A stretch of DNA of 64,000 bases from Candidatus Obscuribacteraceae bacterium (lineage in GTDB: Bacteria > Cyanobacteriota > Vampirovibrionia > Obscuribacterales > Obscuribacteraceae): contig JBGAHS010000002.1 of assembly GCA_044226015.1 (NCBI GenBank), positions 192,001 to 256,000 on the forward strand, read 5' to 3'. Every line of letters starts with the position of its first letter. Position 1 is the stretch's first letter. The translations under genes were made by a program, and so were the position numbers. Positions 1 through 9,527 of the stretch are shown piece by piece. Below the pieces are notes generated by a model. The model was not told the origin of the DNA, searched no databases, and saw nothing but the letters and a program-made list of their open reading frames with translations.

Positions 1-1671
1 TAATTGTTGTTTTTCTAGGGACTTTCCAGAGCTAGCAACCATGTCGCAGTCCATAGAAGAGCCATCATGACTGCCACCATAGGCAACACCACGTTCTCGA
101 ACTTGATCACGCACGTAAAAATCGAAATGATTGGTACCGAAGAAATCGACTAATTTTGGCAAGAATGAGCCAAGGTTCGATTTATCGGGAACGTTAAGGT
201 TGATACCGAGGATGCTCCAACTCGCGGTTTTAGAATTTAGCTCTTGCCCGTCCGCAAGTTCTGCATAAAGCTGTTTCTCGGCAACAGCAGTGTACGGCTC
301 GGGTTTGGCATCCTTGCTTCGATAAAGAATGCTGCCATCTGCTGCAAATGAATAAATATGCACCACGCCTTTGGGCACCATCCCAAGGGTCAAAGACAAT
401 AGAGTTTTCGGATCCTTCGACTTCCATAAAGTTTTTGAGCTTGATGGAGCGTTGAAAGCAGCGGGCGATGAACCACCGTTCGTACCCGGCTTAAACATAT
501 TCACCACTGAGTCGACATTTACTCCAGATCCGGCGGCTCTAATCCAATCATAGACTCCTAATCTGCTCACGAGCGCCGGGCTCGGTGGACTCGCCGGCCA
601 TGTTGGTGTGTCAATCCACATGGGAGGCACAATACTAGCCTTCGGCGCATCAACAGGAAAGTCACCGCCATCAGCAGAAAGCACATCACAATGCTTTGAG
701 GTCATCTCAGACCAGGTAAACAGGTCAGAAGGACAGGTTAGCTCGTCCACAGGACCATCGGGAAAACTGATTGTGAGGGCTCCGCCCGGAGTATGTTCCA
801 CATCATTGCCAGTGGTAGCACATGCCGCAAAATGCTGAACATAGTTTTTTCCCTGGTCCTGAAATTTCTGGTCAGCATCGACGCGCACTACAGCAGGCAT
901 CTGATATGGCAGCCCATCAATCGAGCTGCTGTATTTGCTCAAATCTCCCAGGGCAACTCTTTTTCCTGTCGACGCAAAGACAAAATTCTCACCATCATAA
1001 GGAATGTTGGTATCAGAAACATAGCAACCGGCGAGAGTTTGCGAACCACTTGCTTGCGCCTTTGAGCCAGGGTTTGCTACTGAAATTTGCGTTCCAATTC
1101 CAGCGTTCAAGCTGCCATAGCTCAAAGTAAGGGTCGGTGGCACATATTCAGAAGCCTTCGCGAGATTCTTCATATAAATTGCAAATGCATCGTCATAGGT
1201 TTTCACCTCGTTTCCGTAGGCATCTTTCGCAGTACCGCCAGCAACAAGGGTCTTCTTTATCTCCTCATCTAATTTCTTTTTGGCTTTCAGAATATTGTCC
1301 CGGTCTTGCAAAGCCAGGCTCTTCATAAAACTGTCGTTCAGTTGTGTTCCAATGATGTAATCAAGCCGCGCCGTTGCCATCAACTCATTGATGCTTCGAA
1401 CCTCACAGAAATAATTGTCATCTGCCAAAGTTCCCTTGCCACAAGGCGCTATGTCGCAAAGCGAGACATAACCGCATTCGGGAGTATTCACAACAATTCG
1501 CCCTATGTCTTGAGCGGCTGCCAGCGCTGCAGCTTCCGCGGCAGTTTTCTGCTCAAGATTTGCCCTCGATACGTTGAGGTAGGTTAGCCCGAACATCATA
1601 ATGGCAATAATAAGGAAGGCAGTAGCTGCTACCATAGCCAGCATATTTCCTTCTTTATTCCGCTGAGACAT
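1..1671 (-). CDS. Tad/Flp pilus-associated TadG-like pseudopilin protein (3'-truncated by window edge)
   Basis: Not in the ORF track because it has no stop in the window. Manual translation from ATG 1671 gives MSQRNKEG|NMLAMVAATAFLIIAIMMFGLTYLNVSRANLEQKTAAEAAALAAAQD: a prepilin-like leader, a hydrophobic helix and the AAEAAALAAA Tad motif. The frame is still open at positions 1-120. Confidence 0.65.
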   Translation of the reverse strand, partial: MSQRNKEGNMLAMVAATAFLIIAIMMFGLTYLNVSRANLEQKTAAEAAALAAAQDIGRIVVNTPECGYVSLCDIAPCGKGTLADDNYFCEVRSINELMATARLDYIIGTQLNDSFMKSLALQDRDNILKAKKKLDEEIKKTLVAGGTAKDAYGNEVKTYDDAFAIYMKNLAKASEYVPPTLTLSYGSLNAGIGTQISVANPGSKAQASGSQTLAGCYVSDTNIPYDGENFVFASTGKRVALGDLSKYSSSIDGLPYQMPAVVRVDADQKFQDQGKNYVQHFAACATTGNDVEHTPGGALTISFPDGPVDELTCPSDLFTWSEMTSKHCDVLSADGGDFPVDAPKASIVPPMWIDTPTWPASPPSPALVSRLGVYDWIRAAGSGVNVDSVVNMFKPGTNGGSSPAAFNAPSSSKTLWKSKDPKTLLSLTLGMVPKGVVHIYSFAADGSILYRSKDAKPEPYTAVAEKQLYAELADGQELNSKTASWSILGINLNVPDKSNLGSFLPKLVDFFGTNHFDFYVRDQVRERGVAYGGSHDGSSMDCDMVASSGKSLEKQQL

Positions 1672-1770
1672 TCAGGCACCCTAACAAAACAGTTACAAAT
1701 AGCACGAGAACTACATTTCTAACTTATATCCGTCAGAATCTTTTGTCAATTTCGCAATGATTAAACAGCT

Positions 1771-2949
1771 GTGCTGAACCTAAGACCCACTACAGCAGCT
1801 AATTCCAAGCAGCGCACTCGCGTTGCCACTATTATCAGAATAACAATATTGTTATGCCTGCTATGCCTGAGAATGCAGTGCCTGCCGGGCAAGGCGGCCA
1901 GCCCGGATGACTGCCCTTATCAAAATGACTGGCATTTGAAGGTCACTCCGATACAAAAAGTAAAAGCAAAGCTGACCTTCTCGATGAAACCAAGCGACGA
2001 TTCATCGATTCAGCAATGGACAGTTTTTGGCTGCAAGCTGCCAAATCTATTGGCACAGACGAATTGCCAATCATCAATGCATGTTGACGGAGCCGACATC
2101 AAAGCGGCAGAAGTGATTGAAGACTCAAGTATTCACAGAAAGGTTTTGCGAATTCACACTAATGACCAAAACCAATTCAGGAAGAGCTTAACTGTAGCCG
2201 CAGATTACGATGCAACGTTAAACAAAATCGAATTGGTAAGCGGAAAGAGCAGTTCAAGAAAAATAGCTCTCACCGCGAAAGAACGCCAAGAAAATCTGCA
2301 ACACACTTTTAGCCTCGATTTCGATGCGCCCAATTTTCAGGAGTTTTTGAAGACAAATCAGTTCACAAAAAATGCAGATGAATCCGAGCTTTGCTTCGCC
2401 TGGCGCGTTTTCTGCGCGCTGAAGAAACAGTACAAGTACTACTGGACGCAAACTTTGGACAGGCGAGCATCCGTCACTTGCCGAAATCATGCCACCGACT
2501 GCGGTGGCTTATCTTATATCTTTTGCAGCATACTCCGCGCAAATAAAATTCCTGCACGACCACTAATAGGACGCTGGGCAAGCAGCGATGACAGAGAAGA
2601 AGATTTCAATTCAGCATACAAATGCCACGTTAAAAGCGAGTTTTTTGTTGATGGTATTGGCTGGATTCCCGCCGACCTATCAGAAGCTATCAGCTATCGC
2701 AAGACAAATCCTTCAAGATTTTTCGGCAACACAAATGGCGATTTCATGGTGATGCATACAAACCCTGACTTGATTTTAGACACTCTCATCGATGGAAAAA
2801 AGCATATTCGTTCAAACCCGGACTTTCGCGTTTGGGCATTAAGCGAAAAAGGTGATAAGGCAGCTGGCAGCAGAATTCCCCGGCGCATTCGCTGGGAAGT
2901 TAGCAGCGAAAGATTGCAGGACTTGCAAGCAGAAACAAAGCCAAATTAA
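1771..2949 (+). CDS. Secreted transglutaminase-like domain protein
   Basis: Signal-like N-terminus; TDCGGLS...LRANKIPAR...CHVKSEFFVDGIGWIPAD matches the Cys-His-Asp transglutaminase core. Confidence 0.8.
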   Translation: MLNLRPTTAANSKQRTRVATIIRITILLCLLCLRMQCLPGKAASPDDCPYQNDWHLKVTPIQKVKAKLTFSMKPSDDSSIQQWTVFGCKLPNLLAQTNCQSSMHVDGADIKAAEVIEDSSIHRKVLRIHTNDQNQFRKSLTVAADYDATLNKIELVSGKSSSRKIALTAKERQENLQHTFSLDFDAPNFQEFLKTNQFTKNADESELCFAWRVFCALKKQYKYYWTQTLDRRASVTCRNHATDCGGLSYIFCSILRANKIPARPLIGRWASSDDREEDFNSAYKCHVKSEFFVDGIGWIPADLSEAISYRKTNPSRFFGNTNGDFMVMHTNPDLILDTLIDGKKHIRSNPDFRVWALSEKGDKAAGSRIPRRIRWEVSSERLQDLQAETKPN

Positions 2950-3009
2950 ACCCGCTCAGTGCGGTTTGCAGCATTGACTACAACGGCGAGAAACGCTGAG
3001 CGCAAAAGG

Positions 3010-6000
3010 CTAATTACCCTTCGGAGGCTCTGTCTGTGGCGGGTCTTCCGGTTTCTTTTTCGGCGGTGCTTTCTGCTTTAACGGGTTGAATTTCATAGGA
3101 TCAATAGCATGCCGGGGCGCTTCCTTCTCTTTCGATTGAGGTGCGGCGGGCTTATCCACAGGTTTGTCTTTTGCAGGCCCCTGATGCGCTTCGGAAGAGC
3201 GACTCATTCCCGGAGAACCAAAGGGCAAAGACACTCCTTGCTGATGCGACTGAGGCACTTGTTGCTGCTGCTGGGATGGAGGCTGCTGACCTGTGCTGTG
3301 ACCACTTTGTTGTATAGCTTCAGTTTGCCAAGCATTTTGCTGCGCTTGATTTTCTTGCGCTGGAGGCAACCAGGCATTGCCCACGCTCTGCGGGTTGTAG
3401 CCCGAGTCTGGTGCAGCACCTTGTTGTTGCTGCGGGTAAGCATCAGGGGTTTGATAATGATGCTGCGTCTGATCATAATTTTGCTGGTACATAGGCGCCG
3501 GTTGATCAGAACTCGTTTGTGGGTATGACGCTTGCATTGCCTGCGCTTGAGCTGCTTGATCAGCTTGAGCCTGCTGCTGATACAAATATTGTTGCTGGAG
3601 ATCAGATTGCGTCTGTTGCTGGTTTTGGAATTGTTGTGCCTGATCTGCTTGTTGTTGAGCCTGTTGTTGTTGATACATAAATTGCTGATCGGCCTGCGCC
3701 TGCGCTTGTGCCTGCGCTTGGAACTGATCTTGTTGCGCTTGTTGGGCTTGCTGCATATAACTCTGCTGTTGCTCAGAAGGCGCTTGATTCTGCGACTGTG
3801 AATAGTTCTGTTGGTAGTTATTCATCTGTGGAGTTCCATCAGACGAGTACGAACCAGCGCTCGACGATGGGTAAGCCGAACTAAAACCACCTTGTCCACT
3901 AGCGTCGCTAGAACCGGATGAATAACCACTTGCGCCACCACTTACACCAGATGAATATCCGCCGTCGCTAGAACCTGATGAATAGCCGGTAGCACCAGCA
4001 CCATAACCCTGGTAGTTTGAGTCAGGACCGGAAGGCATCGAACTACTTGGATAGCTTTGATATCCCGAAGTCGAAGAATCCGAACTGTAGCCCGTAGCGC
4101 CTGGAGCAGCATAACCGCTTTGGCTTTGAGCAGTGTCGCTAGCACCAGAGCCACCATATGTTTGTGCTGTGAAGCTGTATCCTACAGCTGAAGAATCCGC
4201 AGAGCTACCCGTGTAAGATTCTTTGAAGTGCCTCATACTATCCTGAGCGCCCCTTAAGTCGGCAGCCATAAGCTGCAGAGACTCAGACGGGGACGAACCA
4301 CTGCCACCATGCAACTGCTGAGAGAAGACTTCTGCTCGCTGATTCCAACTCTCAACAGTAGCGGCTTGCACTTGAGGAGACATGCCAGAAAGTTGGGGTC
4401 CAACTTCAGTCATTTCTCGCGCAAGGCTTGTGAGCCCATGCACGGCTGCAGGGTTCAAGCTTGTTGCGTCATTGCCCGGGCTTTGAATCGTAGCGCTAGC
4501 ATTTTGCAAGGTGTTGCTGACGTTATCGAACACGTTCGTGAAGCCAGGCGGAAGAGGACCGGAACCGGCATTAACGGAATCACCACTCACATTGAAGTTG
4601 CCACCAGCATTGATACCACTCATGGAATCTGGCAGACCGATTGTCTTACCATCAGCAGATGCGTGACCTTCGGCATTCATCAAATCTGACTTCCACTTGT
4701 CCATCAAATCATTGCGTTTGCTATTATCATCGGAATTGCCAAAAGCGTTACGCATTTCAACATCTTTAGCGGCAGCATTGTAGTTGTTGATTGCTTCCTG
4801 CCGGCTCATCGGCACGCCTTCTCGTGGGAAGTTAGCAAGATTTTCTCGTCCCAGCAGATTCGAAGCTTCAGCAGCTGAATATCGAGAATTTGCACCATCA
4901 ACTGTACCAGTCAGATTATTGGCATTGAAGGACGAAGAATTACTTACATTGATATCGCCAGGAGGTACTACTGGACCAGACTGTGAAGAAGGCGCATTCA
5001 TACCGAAGGTTGAGGATGTCGAAGAGGAATCTGATCCTGAAACTCCACGCTCACCCTGATTACCGCCGACACCTGAAACTCCGTGCCCCTGAGCACCGGT
5101 TCCGGCTAGCCCACCGCTATGACCGGTGCCACCATCTCTGGCGGCAGCAGCTCCATGTCCGCTCAGCGAGGTATCAGCTTTGGCAGCATGCCCAACGCCA
5201 GCAGAATGCGAAGCTGCGGCGTTGCTTACAGTGCCCGATACGTGCAGATTCGCCCCGCCATGTCCGGAACCAGTGAGCGAACCCATGGTTCCAGCACCAT
5301 GACCGGCACCAGCAGCAGCACTGTGAGCAGCTCCACCGGTGCGGCCGCCATGCCCACCACCAGCTTTCGATCCACCATGTGCAGCACCATGTCCCCCCGC
5401 GCGTCCACCAGCATGACCGCCTTTGCCGCCACCGTGAGAGCCACCACCAGCAACACCAGGACGAGAACTCTGACTCATCTTTTCTGCAGCTTCATTCATC
5501 GAAGCTGCAGCCTTAGAGCCAGCTTCTTTAACCAGTCCTGCAAAATCGAAGGCACTCTTTACTGATTGCAACGATAGGAAGAACAACGCCGAACAGGCGA
5601 TGGTGCCTGTTTCATCAAGACCTTTGAAACACGCCATGAGCAGTACCGTAGTGTTCCAAAACAGTCCCCAGAAAGATAGGGTTATGACGCCCTCTACCCA
5701 ACCACCAAAGGCCGCTCGCAAGGTATCATGCGGGTAAACCCAGAGTGCCGCAATAACCGGTCCTACCAGCCATAAATACATCATGAATACAACCTGGAAC
5801 GCACACAGAATGTTCCAGGTCGATGCCAGCACAGCATTGCTCATATTATTGAAGAATCTAGCTGTGACGGAAAGGAAGGGCGCTTGCTCATCAGCATGAT
5901 CTGGGTCTGCAACAGCAATACCAGCGCAAGGGTCTTCTTTCTTTACCTCAAAGGCTCGTCCCTCGATGCCTGCTGCAGGGGTGTTTCCTTCAGCACCCGA

Positions 6001-7059
6001 ACCTTGCCACGGCACTACTTCCTTATAAATACCATTCCTATTTTCATGAGCCTGTCGCAGCGGAAATGCACGAATAACAGTGCAAAGAGCATCTTTATAC
6101 ATGTTGGACTGAAACATGCGTTCATAATTTTCCGATATCGTAATGGTTAACGAGTTGTTTAAGTCGATACCGTAATTTACTACCAAATAAGTCGCGGGAA
6201 TCAGGAAAATTGCGACAATCGACCTGATTATGCCCTCGAATGGACTCACATCAGCTCCACCAAGGGGCATACCAGCAGCAACGATTACTTTGACCTGTGC
6301 AAGTACAGCGCCTGGCAAAAGCAAAAGAATTGCCATTGGAACAAAGAGCTGATCGCGGATTTTATTCCAGCGGTTATTCTTATCGGCAGTGAAATTAGTA
6401 ACCGTGCAGGAAATATAGTCGATGGCACTGGCACCTTGCTGACGAATCATATTGGCAAAACTATTGGAAGAGTCTTGAGCCTGGCTGGCTCCCATACATG
6501 CGCCCAACCACATGATGCGCTCGGGGTCAAACATTTCCTCGAGCATTATTTGCTGATTCATTCGGTGAATCATTTGATATTGCGTATCAGAAATCGGCAA
6601 CCCAAACGTTTTCATTCGATGCTTCATGATTCCCATGTCGCGCTTTGTTGGTACCGCTGAAGTAGCCTCAGGAATAATTACCGGCCATGTATACACTGGA
6701 CCACCATGGTCAACCGTCCCTGGTCCTATCGACTCTTGCTTAACTACTTCATCCATTCCATCAGGATTTCGCTTTGTCGGAGGTCCAAAGGGAATAGACA
6801 ATTTATTGGCGCGGCGATAGTCCTCACGAACGTCGTAAGCTCCCGTCTTCAACCCATCATTAGGAGCATCATCTGCAAGAGTTCCAGTATTCCCGCCACT
6901 GCTGCCGCCAGACCCGCCAGAGCTGCCACCGCCCGAGCCACCACTACCCTGTGCCAGAACCATCGAGCAGAGGCTCATACTTAAAATTCCCAGCAAAAAC
7001 ATTTGCGTTAGCAGCAAGCTAAACCGTCGTTGAATTGATTTCCCAGAATTCATTTTCAT
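3010..7059 (-). CDS. TrbL/VirB6-like polytopic membrane protein with very long Gly/Ser/Gln low-complexity tail
   Basis: 1349 aa; signal peptide; TM block FVPMAILLLLPG, YGIDLNNSL, YLWLVGPVIAALWVYP...FGGW; paralogue of the adjacent ORF. Confidence 0.55.
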   Translation of the reverse strand: MKMNSGKSIQRRFSLLLTQMFLLGILSMSLCSMVLAQGSGGSGGGSSGGSGGSSGGNTGTLADDAPNDGLKTGAYDVREDYRRANKLSIPFGPPTKRNPDGMDEVVKQESIGPGTVDHGGPVYTWPVIIPEATSAVPTKRDMGIMKHRMKTFGLPISDTQYQMIHRMNQQIMLEEMFDPERIMWLGACMGASQAQDSSNSFANMIRQQGASAIDYISCTVTNFTADKNNRWNKIRDQLFVPMAILLLLPGAVLAQVKVIVAAGMPLGGADVSPFEGIIRSIVAIFLIPATYLVVNYGIDLNNSLTITISENYERMFQSNMYKDALCTVIRAFPLRQAHENRNGIYKEVVPWQGSGAEGNTPAAGIEGRAFEVKKEDPCAGIAVADPDHADEQAPFLSVTARFFNNMSNAVLASTWNILCAFQVVFMMYLWLVGPVIAALWVYPHDTLRAAFGGWVEGVITLSFWGLFWNTTVLLMACFKGLDETGTIACSALFFLSLQSVKSAFDFAGLVKEAGSKAAASMNEAAEKMSQSSRPGVAGGGSHGGGKGGHAGGRAGGHGAAHGGSKAGGGHGGRTGGAAHSAAAGAGHGAGTMGSLTGSGHGGANLHVSGTVSNAAASHSAGVGHAAKADTSLSGHGAAAARDGGTGHSGGLAGTGAQGHGVSGVGGNQGERGVSGSDSSSTSSTFGMNAPSSQSGPVVPPGDINVSNSSSFNANNLTGTVDGANSRYSAAEASNLLGRENLANFPREGVPMSRQEAINNYNAAAKDVEMRNAFGNSDDNSKRNDLMDKWKSDLMNAEGHASADGKTIGLPDSMSGINAGGNFNVSGDSVNAGSGPLPPGFTNVFDNVSNTLQNASATIQSPGNDATSLNPAAVHGLTSLAREMTEVGPQLSGMSPQVQAATVESWNQRAEVFSQQLHGGSGSSPSESLQLMAADLRGAQDSMRHFKESYTGSSADSSAVGYSFTAQTYGGSGASDTAQSQSGYAAPGATGYSSDSSTSGYQSYPSSSMPSGPDSNYQGYGAGATGYSSGSSDGGYSSGVSGGASGYSSGSSDASGQGGFSSAYPSSSAGSYSSDGTPQMNNYQQNYSQSQNQAPSEQQQSYMQQAQQAQQDQFQAQAQAQAQADQQFMYQQQQAQQQADQAQQFQNQQQTQSDLQQQYLYQQQAQADQAAQAQAMQASYPQTSSDQPAPMYQQNYDQTQHHYQTPDAYPQQQQGAAPDSGYNPQSVGNAWLPPAQENQAQQNAWQTEAIQQSGHSTGQQPPSQQQQQVPQSHQQGVSLPFGSPGMSRSSEAHQGPAKDKPVDKPAAPQSKEKEAPRHAIDPMKFNPLKQKAPPKKKPEDPPQTEPPKGN

Positions 7060-7065
7060 TGCTGT

Positions 7066-9216
7066 CTACGCCATTGGAGGGGGAGGAGGAGGACTAGATG
7101 GAGGAGGAGAGCTGGGTCCTGAAGATTGATTGGAGTCACGCCCCGATGATTCAGAAAGCAAATCGGACGAGCTGTTTCCCGAAGAGGACGAACCTTCATC
7201 AGAAGGTGCAGAAGCAGCTGCACCAGATGTTCCGCTAACACTCACGCTCGAGTGCGAGGAAGAGCCTCCACCCTGATGACTGCGCATGGAATTGTCGGCG
7301 TGACCGCCACCGCCACCACCGCCGCCACCACCACCGCCACTTGCGCCGCCGCCGCCTTGTTGACCGCCCCCTTCACCCTTGAGGTTGTCTTTTTGATCGC
7401 TCTCCAGTTTCTTGATGTGAGGCTCTGCACTAAAATCAAACGGGGCGAAAGGAACCGCAAGCAGCAGCACCTGGAACGATGCGAACACCATTATTTCCCA
7501 GTCTGATGATGGATAGAAGAAGCCCTCTTCGCGACACCATATAATGTAGGTCGTAAGACAGGCAAGCACTACATTCCACCAGAAGCGCCAGAGGCTAAGC
7601 ACCACAACTGCTTCGAGCCAGTTACTGAATACCTTATTAAACAAGCCCGATTTCGATTTTAGAGATGGCCAGGCAAAAAATGCCGCAGCAAGCGGTCCCA
7701 TCAAATAGAGATAGCACATCATCACAAATTGAAAGGTCCCAAGAATCATCAGACCCTGACAGGCACCCACTTCAAAAGTATTGTAGATGAGCGCCATTTG
7801 CTTACTTAACTGAGGCGTCTTCTCTTCGACGGTTTTGCTTTCCGGTGCAGAATAGGCTTTACCCAACTGCTCACCGGGCGCATCATCTCCTATAAGCTGG
7901 GCAATAAAGGACATGATCGAACTGCTACCACCACCCAAAGAATGCGTAATAGCATCCGTAGAACTCTCACTCTGTGGCGGCTCTGGCTCACGAGCAAGGA
8001 CATTCAAATTCATGTCGCGTTGAGGACCAAAATTTTGCTCAGCAGCATAGCTCATTATCAAATCGTAGTCGACCCACTTCTTAACTTCGCCCGACATACT
8101 GTTGCCCACATCAATCATGTAGCTAACAATCAGCTGAGTAGCTGGAATCAGGAAGACCGCAATGATGGCTCTAACAATTCCTTGAAAGGGTGTGAGTGCG
8201 TCCTCGTCGTTAGAGCCAAGGAAGTTACCGCTCACCATGCCTTTTACCTGGGTCAAAATTGCACCAGGAAGCAAGAACAAAATAGCCATAGGGACGAACA
8301 ATTGACGATAGGCTTTCTGCACCATTCCAATAACCTGCTCTTTCGTTTTGTGAGCAGGACTGCCTGTCACAGCGGCGCCAGCATTTTCATTGGCGATATT
8401 TGGCAGATTCTCTTTTATAGTGCTGTAAGAAGTTGCGGCAAGGAAGTCGGCACTGTTAGCCATGCCGGTAGCAAGTTGTTGTTGCTGTAAAATGCTCGCA
8501 GCGCGTCCTGCCCAGAGCCATCGCTCTGGGTCAAATAGCAACTCCAAAAAACGTTGATTGTCTTCGCGGTCAATCATTTGAAGCTGCGTATCCGAAATAG
8601 GTCCGACACCAAATGTGGTGAGCTCATATTCGAAAATTGACTGGTCGCCCTCTTGTGCCTGTGACTTAGAGTTGTCGAAAACCAGAAGAGGTTGCACGTA
8701 GCAGGTGGGAGAGACTGGCGGCGCCAGAGTGACGGCACCACCCTGACCGCGAGCAACCTGGCTGTAGTTTGGAACAAAATTGCCCTTCATACCGGGCTGA
8801 GGCGCCGGCAAGAAGGCTCCTGGTCCGCCACAGTATGCATAAAGGGGACGGTAGAGAGGTCGCAAAGGGAAGTAAGGATCAGGCTTCTTCGGGTCATCAG
8901 TCTGCATGTTGAGCAGCGGCCCCGCCGGAATCACCATTTCTTCACCAGTAGATGGCAACTGATATTTTGAGTCTTTTGGAGTCTTGGTGGTATCCAGCTT
9001 TCTACCACGCATCTGCTCCGCCATCTTGGCATGCGGGTAACGCTTGAAATAGTCCTGCCGAACCGAGTACATATTGGCAAGATTTGCGTCGTTTGTATCG
9101 GTCGACCCACCTTTTTTCAGGTTAACATCGTCGGCGATAGCCACGGGAGGCAGCAAGAAAGCCACTGCCATCAGCAGCCATAGCAAAACTCTCGGAATCA
9201 GCGGGACTTTACTCAT
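7066..9216 (-). CDS. TrbL/VirB6-like polytopic membrane protein (paralogue)
   Basis: 716 aa; shares FVPMAILFLLPG, YMIDVGNSM, YLYLMGPLAAAFFAWP...FSNW and ISDTQ.QMI.R...FDPER with 3010..7059; Gly/Ser/Pro tail. Confidence 0.55.
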   Translation of the reverse strand: MSKVPLIPRVLLWLLMAVAFLLPPVAIADDVNLKKGGSTDTNDANLANMYSVRQDYFKRYPHAKMAEQMRGRKLDTTKTPKDSKYQLPSTGEEMVIPAGPLLNMQTDDPKKPDPYFPLRPLYRPLYAYCGGPGAFLPAPQPGMKGNFVPNYSQVARGQGGAVTLAPPVSPTCYVQPLLVFDNSKSQAQEGDQSIFEYELTTFGVGPISDTQLQMIDREDNQRFLELLFDPERWLWAGRAASILQQQQLATGMANSADFLAATSYSTIKENLPNIANENAGAAVTGSPAHKTKEQVIGMVQKAYRQLFVPMAILFLLPGAILTQVKGMVSGNFLGSNDEDALTPFQGIVRAIIAVFLIPATQLIVSYMIDVGNSMSGEVKKWVDYDLIMSYAAEQNFGPQRDMNLNVLAREPEPPQSESSTDAITHSLGGGSSSIMSFIAQLIGDDAPGEQLGKAYSAPESKTVEEKTPQLSKQMALIYNTFEVGACQGLMILGTFQFVMMCYLYLMGPLAAAFFAWPSLKSKSGLFNKVFSNWLEAVVVLSLWRFWWNVVLACLTTYIIWCREEGFFYPSSDWEIMVFASFQVLLLAVPFAPFDFSAEPHIKKLESDQKDNLKGEGGGQQGGGGASGGGGGGGGGGGGHADNSMRSHQGGGSSSHSSVSVSGTSGAAASAPSDEGSSSSGNSSSDLLSESSGRDSNQSSGPSSPPPSSPPPPPPMA

Positions 9217-9527
9217 TCGCTCTCGCTATTAACCCGGAATAAGCATATCCCAGAGTTCTGAAAATTATTTGAGAGCTTCCGACTATTTTATTAAATAGAA
9301 GAAAATCCGACCCAGTTAATCTGGTGAATTCACACAAAAGAGGCGCATGCCAAAGAAATAGATTGACTAATAGCTGGTTTACTGCTGGCCCATGGGGGGA
9401 GAGCCGACGTGAAACAATTTGCTGAATCGCAGAAATTACTTAAGTTGCCCGACTATCTGCTATCGCAGGACAGTTGCGAGTGTCAGCCCGCACCAACAAA
9501 TCTTTTGCGCCTGCATACAAATAACAA

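Noticed and set aside
230..1587. Short track ORFs in the first 1.6 kb
   Set aside because: They are shadows of the long minus-strand Tad-like CDS.
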